Virus genome (UHGV): UHGV-0088497
Length of the DNA stretch: 27,542 nucleotides
Strand: one strand, 5' to 3'
From: a virus
Shown here piece by piece: positions 14,646 through 24,077 of this stretch; the first letter of the stretch is position 1, and each line of letters starts with the position of its first letter. Under the pieces are notes generated by a model. It did no database searches and was not told the origin of the DNA. It saw only the letters and a list, made by a program, of their open reading frames with translations. The translations under genes and the position numbers were made by a program.

Positions 14646-14912
14646 ATTGTATCTCCTTCAAACCAAAATTGTGGAGATGGCTGAGGATTTCAGTCATCTA
14701 TTGTAGGGCCTAATAGGTCTTCCCATTAGTGAGTCGTAAAGATTGCGACTCTTTAAAAGATTCATTACAGGAGATATGGAAATGGTTTCGCTTCGTTTGA
14801 ACAAAGCTGCGTTAATCAGCGCCACCGGCATTCACTGAGTGTCTGCGATCATTCTTTACTAAATAATTCATGGGTTTATCATGGTGACTCTTTGATAAAA
14901 GGAGTTTTGGTA

Positions 14913-15116
14913 ATGAAATTTCTCTGGGTTGTATGCATTATTTGCGGAGTTATTGGGTTTGTGCAGGGAATTATCGGGGTGTTCGGTGCTGTTAGTGCGC
15001 CTCAGCAGGCTGCTGGTGCAGCAATGGGCGTTGCATGGGCGGTAATCCCATATTGCATCTGTCGTGCTATCCAGCAGATGAGACCACAAGAAGTGGTAAT
15101 CAAAAAAGACGAATGA
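14913..15116 (+). CDS. small membrane protein (67 aa, two hydrophobic helices)
   Basis: AAAGGAG 6-7 nt upstream of ATG 14913; hydrophobic sequence; followed by an intrinsic terminator. The ORF-track start at 14892 is less likely. Confidence 0.5.
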   Translation: MKFLWVVCIICGVIGFVQGIIGVFGAVSAPQQAAGAAMGVAWAVIPYCICRAIQQMRPQEVVIKKDE

Positions 15117-15138
15117 TACTCAGCTATCACATCGAATA

Positions 15139-15162
15139 AGCCTCGCAAAAGCGGGGCTTTTT
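15139..15162 (+). terminator. Rho-independent terminator (AGCCTCGC-AAAA-GCGGGGCT followed by TTTT)
   Basis: 8-bp stem (one G-U pair) with a short T-run, directly after the small membrane protein gene. Confidence 0.55.
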
Positions 15163-15217
15163 AATGCCCGCCACCTATCATCGCAAGTGATAATCATTAT
15201 TAATAAATGGGTCCTCC

Positions 15218-15254
15218 TGGCAGGTTGGCCTGCCACGGGGCGGCGTGCTCGCGG
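15218..15254. other. cos site: cosN-like GGGCGGCGTGCTCGCGG (putative 12-nt cohesive end GGGCGGCGTGCT at 15238-15249) preceded by palindrome TGGCAGG-TTGG-CCTGCCA
   Basis: 10/12 match to the lambda cohesive end GGGCGGCGACCT as I recall it, followed by CGCGG as in lambda; ~110 bp upstream of the Nu1-like gene. Confidence 0.55.
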
Positions 15255-15354
15255 AAAACGGCTAGTTTTTCAGATCTAAGGTCATCATCATCATTTGCGC
15301 AGGTTATTGATCTCATTGGAGGCGATTTCGTGCAGATGTCGAATCGTTTAAAAA

Positions 15355-15855
15355 GTGTTCACCATCATGGACCAGGAAATTGCCACTTTAAAACTGAATA
15401 TCAACCAGTTGGCGGGGATCACTGGCGTACACCGTCAGACGGTCGCCGCCAGGCTGAAAAATATTGAACCGGCACCAGGTAGCAACAGCAAATTAAAGCT
15501 TTACCTGATCACCGACATTCTGACCGAACTGATGATCCCCACTGTGTCAGCCAATATCGATGACATGCTGCCATCGGACAGGCTTTCCCACTGGAAAGCG
15601 GAGAATGAGCGACTCAAGTTTGAGCAGGATACGGGGCAGCTCATTCCCGCTGATGAAGTGGCGCGCGAATTCTCATTGATGGCGAAAGCCGTCGTCATGG
15701 TACTTGAAACCCTCCCTGATGTACTTGAGCGTGACTGTGCATTAACGCCTGTTGCGGTTTCTCGCGTGCAGAGCGTTATTGATGACCTGCGCGATCAGAT
15801 GGCGGAGAGGGTGCAGGACGCTGAAGCAGAGGAGGAAGAGCCAGAGGAGGACTGA
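15355..15855 (+). CDS. terminase small subunit (lambda Nu1-like)
   Basis: N-terminal HTH region (LKLNINQLAGITGVHRQTVAARL) resembles lambda Nu1 (NKKQLADIFGASIRTIQNW); acidic C-terminus; stop overlaps the large-subunit start. Start may be GTG 15355 or ATG 15367. Confidence 0.75.
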   Translation: MFTIMDQEIATLKLNINQLAGITGVHRQTVAARLKNIEPAPGSNSKLKLYLITDILTELMIPTVSANIDDMLPSDRLSHWKAENERLKFEQDTGQLIPADEVAREFSLMAKAVVMVLETLPDVLERDCALTPVAVSRVQSVIDDLRDQMAERVQDAEAEEEEPEED

Positions 15856-17957
15856 TGGCAAAGCGGGCATCCGCCAGAGGCATCCGCCGCGATGTTTCCG
15901 GTATCTTACGTGCCCCGCGTCGAATGCAGGTGGCCGATGCGGTCAGTACTTATATGCGCGTGCCGATGGGGGCGGGTAACTCCGTTCCATGGGATCCGGA
16001 TCTGGCACCTTACGTGATTGAACCGATGAACTGCCTGGCATCGCGTGAATATGACGCGGTAGTGTTTGTTGGTCCGGCGCGAACGGGTAAAACCATTGGT
16101 CTGATTGATGGCTGGATTGTTTACAACGTTGTCTGTGATCCGGCTGATATGCTCCTGATTCAGATGACTGAGGAAAAGGCGCGCGAGCACTCCAAAAAGC
16201 GTCTTGATCGTACATTCCGTTGCAGCCCTGAAGTGAAATCCCGACTGAGCCCGCGGCGTAATGATAACAACGTATATGACCGCACGTTTCGCGCCGGGAA
16301 CTACCTGAAAATCGGCTGGCCATCGGTCAATATCATGTCCTCATCGGACTATAAATGCGTGGCACTGACCGACTATGACCGTTTCCCGGAAGACATTGAC
16401 GGGGAAGGTGACGCCTTTTCACTGGCATCAAAGCGAACAACAACGTTCATGTCGTCAGGAATGACACTGGTTGAGAGTTCGCCGGGCCGCGACATACGTG
16501 ACACAAAATGGCGCCGTAGCTCACCGCATGAAGCACCTCCTTCAACGGGGATTCTGGCGCTGTACAACCGTGGTGATCGCCGTCGCCTTTACTGGCCGTG
16601 CCCACATTGCGGTGAATATTTCCAGCCTGAAATGGACAATATGACAGGTTACCGCGATATCGCGGACCCTGTTCAGGCCAGCGAGAAAGCCTGTCTTCAA
16701 TGCCCTGCCTGTAAAGAGCACATCACTGCGGATATGAAGCGTTCGCTCAATATGAAAGGGAAGTGGCTGCGGGATGGGCAAACCATCGACAACGATGGTG
16801 TTATCACTGGGGAAGGGCGACGCTCGCGCATTGCCTCCTTCTGGATGGAAGGCCCTGCCGCCGCGTACCAGACCTGGGCGCAGCTCATCTATAAATTTCT
16901 TACCGCTGAGCAGGACTATCAGGCCACTGGCAGCGAGGAGGCACTGAAGACGGTAATCAACACCGACTTTGGGCGTCCGTATCTTCCTCGCTCCAGCATG
17001 GAACAGCGCAAAAGTGAACTGCTTGAGCAGCGTGCGGAGGTTGTACCAAAGCGCTCTGTTCCGGACGGGGTTTGTTTCCTTATGGCGACCGTCGATGTTC
17101 AGGCGGGGCGCAACCGGCGTTTTGTTGTTCAGGTTACTGGCTACGGCAGCATGGGAGAGCGCTGGCTGGTGGACCGCTACAATATCAGGCAGTCGATGCG
17201 CTATGACGCCAATGGCGAGAGCCAGCAGATTGACCCGGCAAGCTATCCGGAAGACTGGGATTTATTGCTGACCGATGTGTTTAACAAAGCCTGGCCAATG
17301 GCATCGGATCCGACTAGGTGTATGCGGCTGATGGCGATGGCCGTTGACTCCGGCGGTGAGGATGGTGTGACCGACAACGCTTATAAATTCTGGCGTAAGT
17401 GTCGTCGTGAAGGACTCGGAAAACAGATTTACCTGTTCAAAGGCGACAGTGTCCGCCGATCCAAACTTATCTCCCGAACCTTTCCTGATAATACCGGACG
17501 TTCAAGCCGACGGGCACAGGCTTCTGGTGATGTCCCGCTTTACTTGATCCAGACCGATGCTCTGAAAGACCGGGTGAACAACGCTTTGTGGCGTGATTCA
17601 CCAGGCCCTGGCTATGTGCATTTCCCTGACTGGCTCGGTAGCTGGTTTTACGATGAACTGACCTATGAGGAGCGATCGACTGATGGCAAATGGAGTAAGC
17701 CGGGACGTGGTGCAAACGAAGCATTTGACCTGCTGGTCTACGCTGATGCGCTCGCCATCCTCCACGGCTACGAGAAAATCAAATGGCCCGCTGCTCCTGA
17801 GTGGGCGAGGCGGGAAACCTGGCTGGAGAACGCGCCGCCGGAAGCTGGCGAAGCGGCATCCCAGACACCAGAACCAGTACCCACCAAAAAACGGAAGCGG
17901 AAAAAGCCCGTAACCGATGATTCTAACCCCTGGAGTACATCAGGAGGATGGTTGTGA
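15855..17957 (+). CDS. terminase large subunit (lambda gpA-like)
   Basis: 700 aa with Walker A motif (VGPARTGKT), size and position typical of gpA-type terminases; ATGA overlap with the small subunit. Confidence 0.9.
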   Translation: MAKRASARGIRRDVSGILRAPRRMQVADAVSTYMRVPMGAGNSVPWDPDLAPYVIEPMNCLASREYDAVVFVGPARTGKTIGLIDGWIVYNVVCDPADMLLIQMTEEKAREHSKKRLDRTFRCSPEVKSRLSPRRNDNNVYDRTFRAGNYLKIGWPSVNIMSSSDYKCVALTDYDRFPEDIDGEGDAFSLASKRTTTFMSSGMTLVESSPGRDIRDTKWRRSSPHEAPPSTGILALYNRGDRRRLYWPCPHCGEYFQPEMDNMTGYRDIADPVQASEKACLQCPACKEHITADMKRSLNMKGKWLRDGQTIDNDGVITGEGRRSRIASFWMEGPAAAYQTWAQLIYKFLTAEQDYQATGSEEALKTVINTDFGRPYLPRSSMEQRKSELLEQRAEVVPKRSVPDGVCFLMATVDVQAGRNRRFVVQVTGYGSMGERWLVDRYNIRQSMRYDANGESQQIDPASYPEDWDLLLTDVFNKAWPMASDPTRCMRLMAMAVDSGGEDGVTDNAYKFWRKCRREGLGKQIYLFKGDSVRRSKLISRTFPDNTGRSSRRAQASGDVPLYLIQTDALKDRVNNALWRDSPGPGYVHFPDWLGSWFYDELTYEERSTDGKWSKPGRGANEAFDLLVYADALAILHGYEKIKWPAAPEWARRETWLENAPPEAGEAASQTPEPVPTKKRKRKKPVTDDSNPWSTSGGWL

Positions 17958-18169
17958 ACCGTGTTGATATTGAAGCCATGATCCAGCGATATACCGAAGC
18001 CGAAATGGCGGTGCTGGATGGCAAAACTATCCGTTTCAATGGGCAGGAAATGACGATGGAGAACCTGTCTGAAATCCGAAAAGGGCGTCAGGAGTGGGAG
18101 CGTCGGCTCTCTTCTCTTATTTCTCATCGCCGCGGGCGACCCGGTTACCGACTGGCGAGGTTTGAATGA
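17948..18169 (+). CDS. head-tail joining protein (lambda gpW-like)
   Basis: 73-aa ORF between terminase and portal; C-terminal RRGRPGYRLARFE resembles the gpW C-terminus. Confidence 0.7.
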   Translation: MVVNRVDIEAMIQRYTEAEMAVLDGKTIRFNGQEMTMENLSEIRKGRQEWERRLSSLISHRRGRPGYRLARFE

Positions 18170-19674
18170 GCCTTTTAGATGATGCGATTGGGGTCTTTTC
18201 GCCTGGCTGGAAAGCAGCCCGTCTGCAGGCGCGCGCGAAAATCAGGGCATATGAAGCCGTTACCCCGACCAGAACGCACAAAGGGCGCCGTGAAAATCGT
18301 TCAGCTGATCAGCTCAGCAAAATGGGGGCGGTATCACTGCGGGAGCAGGCCCGGTGGCTCGATAACAATCACGATCTGGTGATTGGGGTGTTCGATAAGC
18401 TGGAAGAGCGGGTGGTTGGGAAAGCCGGAATTATTGTTGAACCCCATCCCAAACTGATGAACGGTAAAATCGCCAAAAAGCTTGCAGATCAGATCCGTAA
18501 TAAATGGGCAGAATGGTCTGTCAGGCCTGATGTCACGAACCAGTTTACCCGCCCGATGCTTGAGCGCCTGATGTTGCGCACCTGGCTGAGGGATGGCGAA
18601 GTGTTTGCCCAGCTTGTCAGTGGAACCGGGAATGGTCTTACGCCAGCAGCCGGTATCCCCTTCTGGCTTGAAGCGCTTGAACCAGATTTTATTCCCATGA
18701 ACAGCGATGCTGCCAGCCAGCTTAATCAGGGGGTATTCGTCGACAACTGGGGCAGACCAAGGAAATATCAGGTTTATAAAAGCCTGCCCGTTTCAGGCCG
18801 TCAGCTTGATACCAAAGAAGTGGATGCGGAAAACATGCTGCATCTTAAATTTGTCCGCCGTCTGCACCAGACCCGGGGAGTATCGATGCTGTCCGGTGTA
18901 CTGATGCGTCTGAGTGCACTCAAAGAGTATGAAGATGCTGAGCTCACCGCCGCACGTATTGCTGCTGCGCTGGGTATGTACATCAAAAAGGGGGACGGGC
19001 AAAGCTTAGAGGAGGGTAACAGTTCTTCCGATGATGATGATCGGGAATTGATGATTCAGCCTGGCATCATTTATGACGATCTGAAACCTGGTGAAGATAT
19101 CGGCATGGTGAAATCTGACCGGCCCAATCCTAACCTTGAAACCTTCCGAAATGGGCAACTTCGCGCTGTTGCAGCAGGTAGCCGACTCAGCTTTTCAAGC
19201 ACAGCCAGAAACTACAACGGCACCTACAGCGCGCAGCGGCAGGAACTGGTGGAATCAACAGATGGCTATCTCATTTTACAGGACTGGTTTATTGGCGCGG
19301 TGACCCGGCCAATGTACCGCGCCTGGCTGAAAATGGCGGTGGCCGCTGGCGAGATTAAATTACCCCGCGGTCTGGATATGGAGTCGCTGTACTCGGCGGT
19401 GTATTCCGGCCCTGTTATGCCGTGGATCGATCCGGTTAAAGAGGCCAATGCCTGGAAGTTACAGATCCGGGGCGGAGCGGCAACGGAATCCGACTGGGTC
19501 CGCGCCAGCGGACGTAACCCGAACGATGTGAAGGCGCGCCGGAAGGCAGAGATCGACGAAAACAAAGAGATGGGGCTGGTGTTTGACACTGACCCTGCCA
19601 ATGACAAAGGAGGCACAAGTGCCGAAGCCAAAGAACCGGGCGCACCACCGTCCGAAAGCCAGCGCAAAAAGTAA
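18166..19674 (+). CDS. portal protein (lambda gpB-like)
   Basis: 502-aa ORF right after gpW with ATGA overlap; size and position typical of lambda-type portals. Confidence 0.85.
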   Translation: MSLLDDAIGVFSPGWKAARLQARAKIRAYEAVTPTRTHKGRRENRSADQLSKMGAVSLREQARWLDNNHDLVIGVFDKLEERVVGKAGIIVEPHPKLMNGKIAKKLADQIRNKWAEWSVRPDVTNQFTRPMLERLMLRTWLRDGEVFAQLVSGTGNGLTPAAGIPFWLEALEPDFIPMNSDAASQLNQGVFVDNWGRPRKYQVYKSLPVSGRQLDTKEVDAENMLHLKFVRRLHQTRGVSMLSGVLMRLSALKEYEDAELTAARIAAALGMYIKKGDGQSLEEGNSSSDDDDRELMIQPGIIYDDLKPGEDIGMVKSDRPNPNLETFRNGQLRAVAAGSRLSFSSTARNYNGTYSAQRQELVESTDGYLILQDWFIGAVTRPMYRAWLKMAVAAGEIKLPRGLDMESLYSAVYSGPVMPWIDPVKEANAWKLQIRGGAATESDWVRASGRNPNDVKARRKAEIDENKEMGLVFDTDPANDKGGTSAEAKEPGAPPSESQRKK

Positions 19675-21643
19675 TTCCTGGTTCCGTATGCAGGCCAGCG
19701 CCGACAACGAAGCGGATATTTATATCTACGACGAGATCGGCTACTGGGGGGTGACGGCGCGCCAGTTTGTAAATGACCTGAAGGCGCTGGGCGATATTAC
19801 CCATATCAACCTTCATATCAATTCGCCCGGTGGCGATGTCTTTGATGGCATCGCCATTTTTAATGCCCTGAAGCATCACGGCGCGGCAATCACCGTTCAC
19901 ATTGATGGTCTGGCAGCTTCAATGGCTTCGGTGATTGCGATGGTTGGCAACCCGGTAATTATGCCGGAAAACACGATGATGATGATCCACAAACCATGGG
20001 GATTCGCAGGTGGCGATGCCAACGACATGCGGGATTATGCCGATCTGCTGGATAAGGTCGAGTCTGTCCTGATCCCGGCGTACGCGGAGAAAACAGGAAA
20101 AACGACCGATGAAATCGCCGCCATGCTGGACGATGAAACCTGGATGGATGGTAAAGAATGCTTAGCGCATGGCTTTGCCGATCAGGTCACTACATCTCTG
20201 CAGGCGATGGCCTGTATTCAATCAAAACGTATTGAGGACTTTGAAAAGATGCCAAACAGCATTCGTAACATGATCACCCCGCCGCGCAATACTACCCAGC
20301 GCGAACCGCAGCAACCGCAACCACAGGTGGCGGCAACGACGACCCCAGCGCCAGCGTCCACTTCTGATGAAGCCACTATCCGTGCACAGGTGCTTGCCGA
20401 GCAAAAGAACCGTGTTAACGCAATTAACGATCTCTTTGCGATGTTCGGTGGCAAGCATCATGAGCTGCAGAATAAATGCATCGCGGATCCGGAATGCACA
20501 GTGGCTCAGGCTAAAGATGAATTGCTGGCGGCGCTGGGCAAAAATGCCACACCGTCGAATAAAACTACGGATGCGCACATTTACGCCGGGAACGGTAACT
20601 TTGTTGGCGACGGAGTTCGTCAGGCACTGATGGCGCGCGCTGGCTTCGAGAGCCTGGAGCGGGACAACGTCTATAACGGCATGACGCTGCGCGAATATGC
20701 CCGTATGGCACTGACCGAACGCGGCATCGGCGTTTCCAGCTATAACCCGATGCAAATGGTCGGTATGGCACTGACGCACAGCACGTCTGACTTCGGTAAT
20801 ATCCTGCTCGACGTTGCTAATAAAGCGTTACTGCAGGGCTGGGAGGAAGCGGCAGAAACTTTTGAGCAGTGGACCAAGAAAGGCCAGTTGTCTGACTTTA
20901 AAACGGCGCATCGTGTCGGTCTGGGCGGCTTCTCATCCCTGCGTCAGGTACGCGAAGGTGCTGAATATAAGTATGTGACCACCAAAGATAAAGGTGAAAG
21001 CATCGCGCTGGCCACCTACGGTGAAATCTTCTCTATTACCCGTCAGGCGATCATCAATGACGATCTGAATCAGTTAACCGATGTACCTATGAAGATGGGC
21101 CGTGCAGCAAAAGGGACGATTGGCGACCTGGTGTATGCCATTCTGACCGAAAACGCGAAATTGTCTGATGGTAAGCCGCTGTTCCATGCTGATCACGGTA
21201 ATATTTCCGCAGGCGCGATTTCTGTAGCCAGCCTTGATGAAGCGCGCAAGATGATGCGTCTGCAGAAAGAGGGTGAGCGTCCCCTGAATATTCGCCCGGC
21301 ATTCATGCTGGTGCCAGTCGCGCTCGAAACCCTGGCAAACCAGACGATCAAGTCTGCCAGTGTGAAAGGGGCGGATATCAACGCCGGTATCATGAACCCA
21401 ATTCAGAACTTTGCTGATGTTATCGCGGAGCCGCGTCTTGACGCCAAAGACACCAGCGCCTGGTATCTGGCCGCCGCTAAGGGCACGGACACCATCGAAG
21501 TGGCATACCTGAACGGCGTTGATACTCCGTATATCGATCAGCAAGAAGGCTTCACTACCGACGGTATTGCCACCAAAGTGCGCATCGATGCCGGTGTATC
21601 ACCTCTGGATTATCGCGGCATGGCGAAATCAACCGGGAAATAA
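19619..21643 (+). CDS. prohead protease (S49/ClpP-like) - scaffold - major capsid protein fusion (Gifsy-type)
   Basis: N-terminal ClpP/S49-like domain (IYIYDEIGYWG, INSPGGDVFDG), Pro/Gln-rich linker, C-terminal ~350 aa capsid-like. GTG 19619 has a strong SD (AAGGAGG 19607-19613); alternatives are TTG 19583 and ATG 19688. Confidence 0.8.
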   Translation: MPKPKNRAHHRPKASAKSNSWFRMQASADNEADIYIYDEIGYWGVTARQFVNDLKALGDITHINLHINSPGGDVFDGIAIFNALKHHGAAITVHIDGLAASMASVIAMVGNPVIMPENTMMMIHKPWGFAGGDANDMRDYADLLDKVESVLIPAYAEKTGKTTDEIAAMLDDETWMDGKECLAHGFADQVTTSLQAMACIQSKRIEDFEKMPNSIRNMITPPRNTTQREPQQPQPQVAATTTPAPASTSDEATIRAQVLAEQKNRVNAINDLFAMFGGKHHELQNKCIADPECTVAQAKDELLAALGKNATPSNKTTDAHIYAGNGNFVGDGVRQALMARAGFESLERDNVYNGMTLREYARMALTERGIGVSSYNPMQMVGMALTHSTSDFGNILLDVANKALLQGWEEAAETFEQWTKKGQLSDFKTAHRVGLGGFSSLRQVREGAEYKYVTTKDKGESIALATYGEIFSITRQAIINDDLNQLTDVPMKMGRAAKGTIGDLVYAILTENAKLSDGKPLFHADHGNISAGAISVASLDEARKMMRLQKEGERPLNIRPAFMLVPVALETLANQTIKSASVKGADINAGIMNPIQNFADVIAEPRLDAKDTSAWYLAAAKGTDTIEVAYLNGVDTPYIDQQEGFTTDGIATKVRIDAGVSPLDYRGMAKSTGK

Positions 21644-21734
21644 TCCCTTCCACTCAAGCAGCACATCACAGCCCATCAGGGTTTTTTTTGTATCTGAATT
21701 CGGCCCCGTATGGGGCTGGATGGAGACTGAATTT

Positions 21735-22061
21735 ATGGCGAAGAATTTTGTACAGCATGGCAAAACTATTGAGATTGCCAACACGGGCAGCGCTGCGATC
21801 CTGAGTGGTTCGCCGGTGATGGTGGGGAAAGTCGTGGCGATTGCCATTACTGATATTGCGGCAGGCCAGACAGGGGACGGTTTTTCCGAAGGTGTTTTCC
21901 TGCTGCCTAAGCTGACTACCGATGCGATCACCATCGGTGAGCAGGTTCATATCAAAGATGGAAAAGTGCAGAACGACGCGACAGGTGCCGATCTGGCCGG
22001 GGTTGCCTGGGAAGATGCTGCTGCCAGTTCCGCAATTGTAGCCGTGAAAATCAATGCCTAA
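21735..22061 (+). CDS. small head decoration/cement-like protein (DUF2190-like; family from memory)
   Basis: ATG 21735 with GGAG upstream gives a 108-aa Gly/Ala-rich protein right after the capsid gene; the 5' extension of the track ORF overlaps the capsid gene and is unlikely. Confidence 0.55.
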   Translation: MAKNFVQHGKTIEIANTGSAAILSGSPVMVGKVVAIAITDIAAGQTGDGFSEGVFLLPKLTTDAITIGEQVHIKDGKVQNDATGADLAGVAWEDAAASSAIVAVKINA

Positions 22062-22329
22062 TCCCTTTGACAGACTTGTCAGTCGCATGGATGCGGTCAC
22101 GGTGAACAAAATGGGCAAGCTAGCGACCATAAACGGGGAGCCCATGATTGTTATTCCGGCTGAGTTTCTGGAAGAAATGGGGCCTTTAAGCGGAACAGGG
22201 CGGTCGCTGGTGGTGTTTACCGTTGGCTACCAGCCACGCCGTAATGATGTGGTGATTTTTGAGGGGGAGGAATTCCATCTGACCCGTCACGAGCGCTTTA
22301 ACGGTAAGCCGCGCATCTTTATCGAATAG
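22054..22329 (+). CDS. hypothetical head completion / head-tail connector protein (position-based)
   Basis: 91-aa ORF between the decoration-like and gpZ-like genes; no motif recognised. Confidence 0.45.
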   Translation: MPNPFDRLVSRMDAVTVNKMGKLATINGEPMIVIPAEFLEEMGPLSGTGRSLVVFTVGYQPRRNDVVIFEGEEFHLTRHERFNGKPRIFIE

Positions 22330-22337
22330 GAGGGGGG

Positions 22338-22916
22338 ATGTCGGTTAAAGGCCTGGAAAGGGCTATTCAGAATCTTAACAGCCTCAGCCGGTTAATCGTT
22401 CCTGAGGCAACTGCGAAAGCACTTAACCGTGTGGCCAGCAGAACGATAAGTCAGGGCAGCAAAACTGTAGCGAAAGAGGCAAAGGTGGATGATAACCGGA
22501 AAACGGGGCTTCCGGTTCGTCTGGTCCGGCAGCGTTCCCGTTTACGCAAGGCCCGCCACGATCGTCCGGTCGCATCGATAAAAATCAACCGCGGTAATCT
22601 CCCCGCGATAAAGCTCGGCACGGCGCGCGTCCGGCTGTCGCGTAAAAAAGGGGCCAGAAACGGATCGGGCAGTGTCCTTAAAATCGGACCCTATACCTTT
22701 CGCAATGCGTTTATTCAACAACTGGCGAACGGGCGCTGGCAGGTCATGCGGCGCGTAGGTCAGGCCCGTTATCCGATTGATGTGGTCAAAGTTCCTCTTG
22801 AGACACCGCTCACCGTGGCATTCACCTCTATTTCCAAGCGCCTTATTGAAAGCGATATGCCCAAAGAACTTTCCGCAGCTCTGAAAAACCAACTGAGGAT
22901 CCACCTGAAGCGATGA
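22338..22916 (+). CDS. tail completion protein (prophage minor tail protein Z-like)
   Basis: 192-aa basic protein upstream of gpU, with GGAGGGGGG upstream; family call from memory. Confidence 0.6.
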   Translation: MSVKGLERAIQNLNSLSRLIVPEATAKALNRVASRTISQGSKTVAKEAKVDDNRKTGLPVRLVRQRSRLRKARHDRPVASIKINRGNLPAIKLGTARVRLSRKKGARNGSGSVLKIGPYTFRNAFIQQLANGRWQVMRRVGQARYPIDVVKVPLETPLTVAFTSISKRLIESDMPKELSAALKNQLRIHLKR

Positions 22917-23314
22917 ACAGACACAGCGCAATTCGTGCAGCCATTTTGGCAAAACTGAAAGCCGATATCACCGACACCGTCACCTGGTTTGACGGGCGCC
23001 CTGTTTTTCTGGAAGAGCAGGATCTCCCTGCATTGGCTGTTTACCTTTCTGACGCGGAGTACACCGGCGATTCGCTTGATGAAGATTCGTGGCAGGCGGT
23101 TGTTCACATCGAGGTATTTCTTAAAGCCTCCAGCCCCGACAGCGCGCTTGATTCCTGGATGGAAGAGAAAGTGTATCCGGCAATGGCCTTCATCCCGGGT
23201 CTGACCGAACTGGTCGAGACGTTCACCCCGCAGGGTTATGACTATCAGCGGGATGATGAAATGGCCACCTGGGGTTCAGTCGATTTCACGTACTTAATCA
23301 CCTATTCAATTTAA
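22913..23314 (+). CDS. tail terminator protein (lambda gpU-like)
   Basis: Clear resemblance to lambda gpU as recalled: FDGRPVF, ALAVYLSDAEYTGDSLDEDSWQA, HIEVFL, SALDSWME, GYDYQRDDEMATW, DFTYLITY. Confidence 0.85.
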   Translation: MNRHSAIRAAILAKLKADITDTVTWFDGRPVFLEEQDLPALAVYLSDAEYTGDSLDEDSWQAVVHIEVFLKASSPDSALDSWMEEKVYPAMAFIPGLTELVETFTPQGYDYQRDDEMATWGSVDFTYLITYSI

Positions 23315-23323
23315 GAGGTACTT

Positions 23324-24067
23324 ATGCCTACACCCAATCCACTGGCACCCGTGAAAGGCGCCGGTACCACACTCTGGCTTTACACAGGAACGGGTAACGC
23401 TTTCGCTAACCCACTCTCGGATATCGACTGGAACCGTCTGGCGAAAATTAAAGAGCTGACGCCGGGCGAAATGACCGCCGAATCGTATGACGACACCTAC
23501 CTTGATGATGAGGACGCCGACTGGAGCGCGACCGCTCAGGGTGCAAAATCGGCAGGGGATACATCACTTACGCTTGCCTGGAAGCCGGGAGAACAGGGAC
23601 AGAAAGAACTGGTCACCTGGTTTAACGATGGTTCTGTCCGGGTGTACAAGATTAAATATCCGAATGGTACCGTCGACGTTTTCCGCGGCTGGTGCAGCAG
23701 TCTGGGTAAAGCTATCCCGGCAAAAGAGGTCATTACCCGCACAGCGAAAATCACCAATACCGGCAAGCCCGAACTGGCTGAAGAAAGTGGTTCTGCGTCC
23801 ATTGCTGTTACAGGCGTTACGCTGGATAAATCCACGGCAAGCGTCGCCGTTGCAGCGACCATCGCGCTCAATGTGACGGTTAATCCTGCCAGTGCATCGG
23901 ATCCTTCTTTCCGCGTGGCAACCTCTGATGGGGCAAAAGCGACGGTATCTGTAAGCGGCAACACGATCACCGTAACGGGTGTAGCAGCCGGTAACGCTGA
24001 CATTATTGTTATGACCAGCGACGGCAATTTCGTTGCAGTCAGCAAAGTCACTGTCACCGCTTCCTGA
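23324..24067 (+). CDS. major tail protein (lambda gpV-like) with C-terminal Ig-like domain
   Basis: Strong resemblance to lambda gpV as recalled: [71 protein letters not shown]. Confidence 0.9.
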   Translation: MPTPNPLAPVKGAGTTLWLYTGTGNAFANPLSDIDWNRLAKIKELTPGEMTAESYDDTYLDDEDADWSATAQGAKSAGDTSLTLAWKPGEQGQKELVTWFNDGSVRVYKIKYPNGTVDVFRGWCSSLGKAIPAKEVITRTAKITNTGKPELAEESGSASIAVTGVTLDKSTASVAVAATIALNVTVNPASASDPSFRVATSDGAKATVSVSGNTITVTGVAAGNADIIVMTSDGNFVAVSKVTVTAS

Positions 24068-24077
24068 GGAGGGGGAT

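Noticed and set aside
14776-14838. 20-codon ORF (MEMVSLRLNKAALISATGIH) with AGGAG upstream in the lysis-to-cos gap.
   Set aside because: Too short and SD spacing suboptimal for the first ATG; could be a leader peptide, but there is no supporting evidence.
15207-15467. 86-aa ORF overlapping the cos site and the start of the terminase small subunit gene.
   Set aside because: Overlaps the cosN-like sequence and Nu1-like gene in another frame; Gly/Arg/Ser-rich; no RBS.
21660-21710. Terminator-like elements after the capsid gene (T8 run at 21686-21693; GGCCCC-GTAT-GGGGC hairpin at 21696-21710).
   Set aside because: The stem preceding the T-run is only ~3 bp and the better hairpin lacks a following T-run; possibly an attenuator but not callable with confidence.
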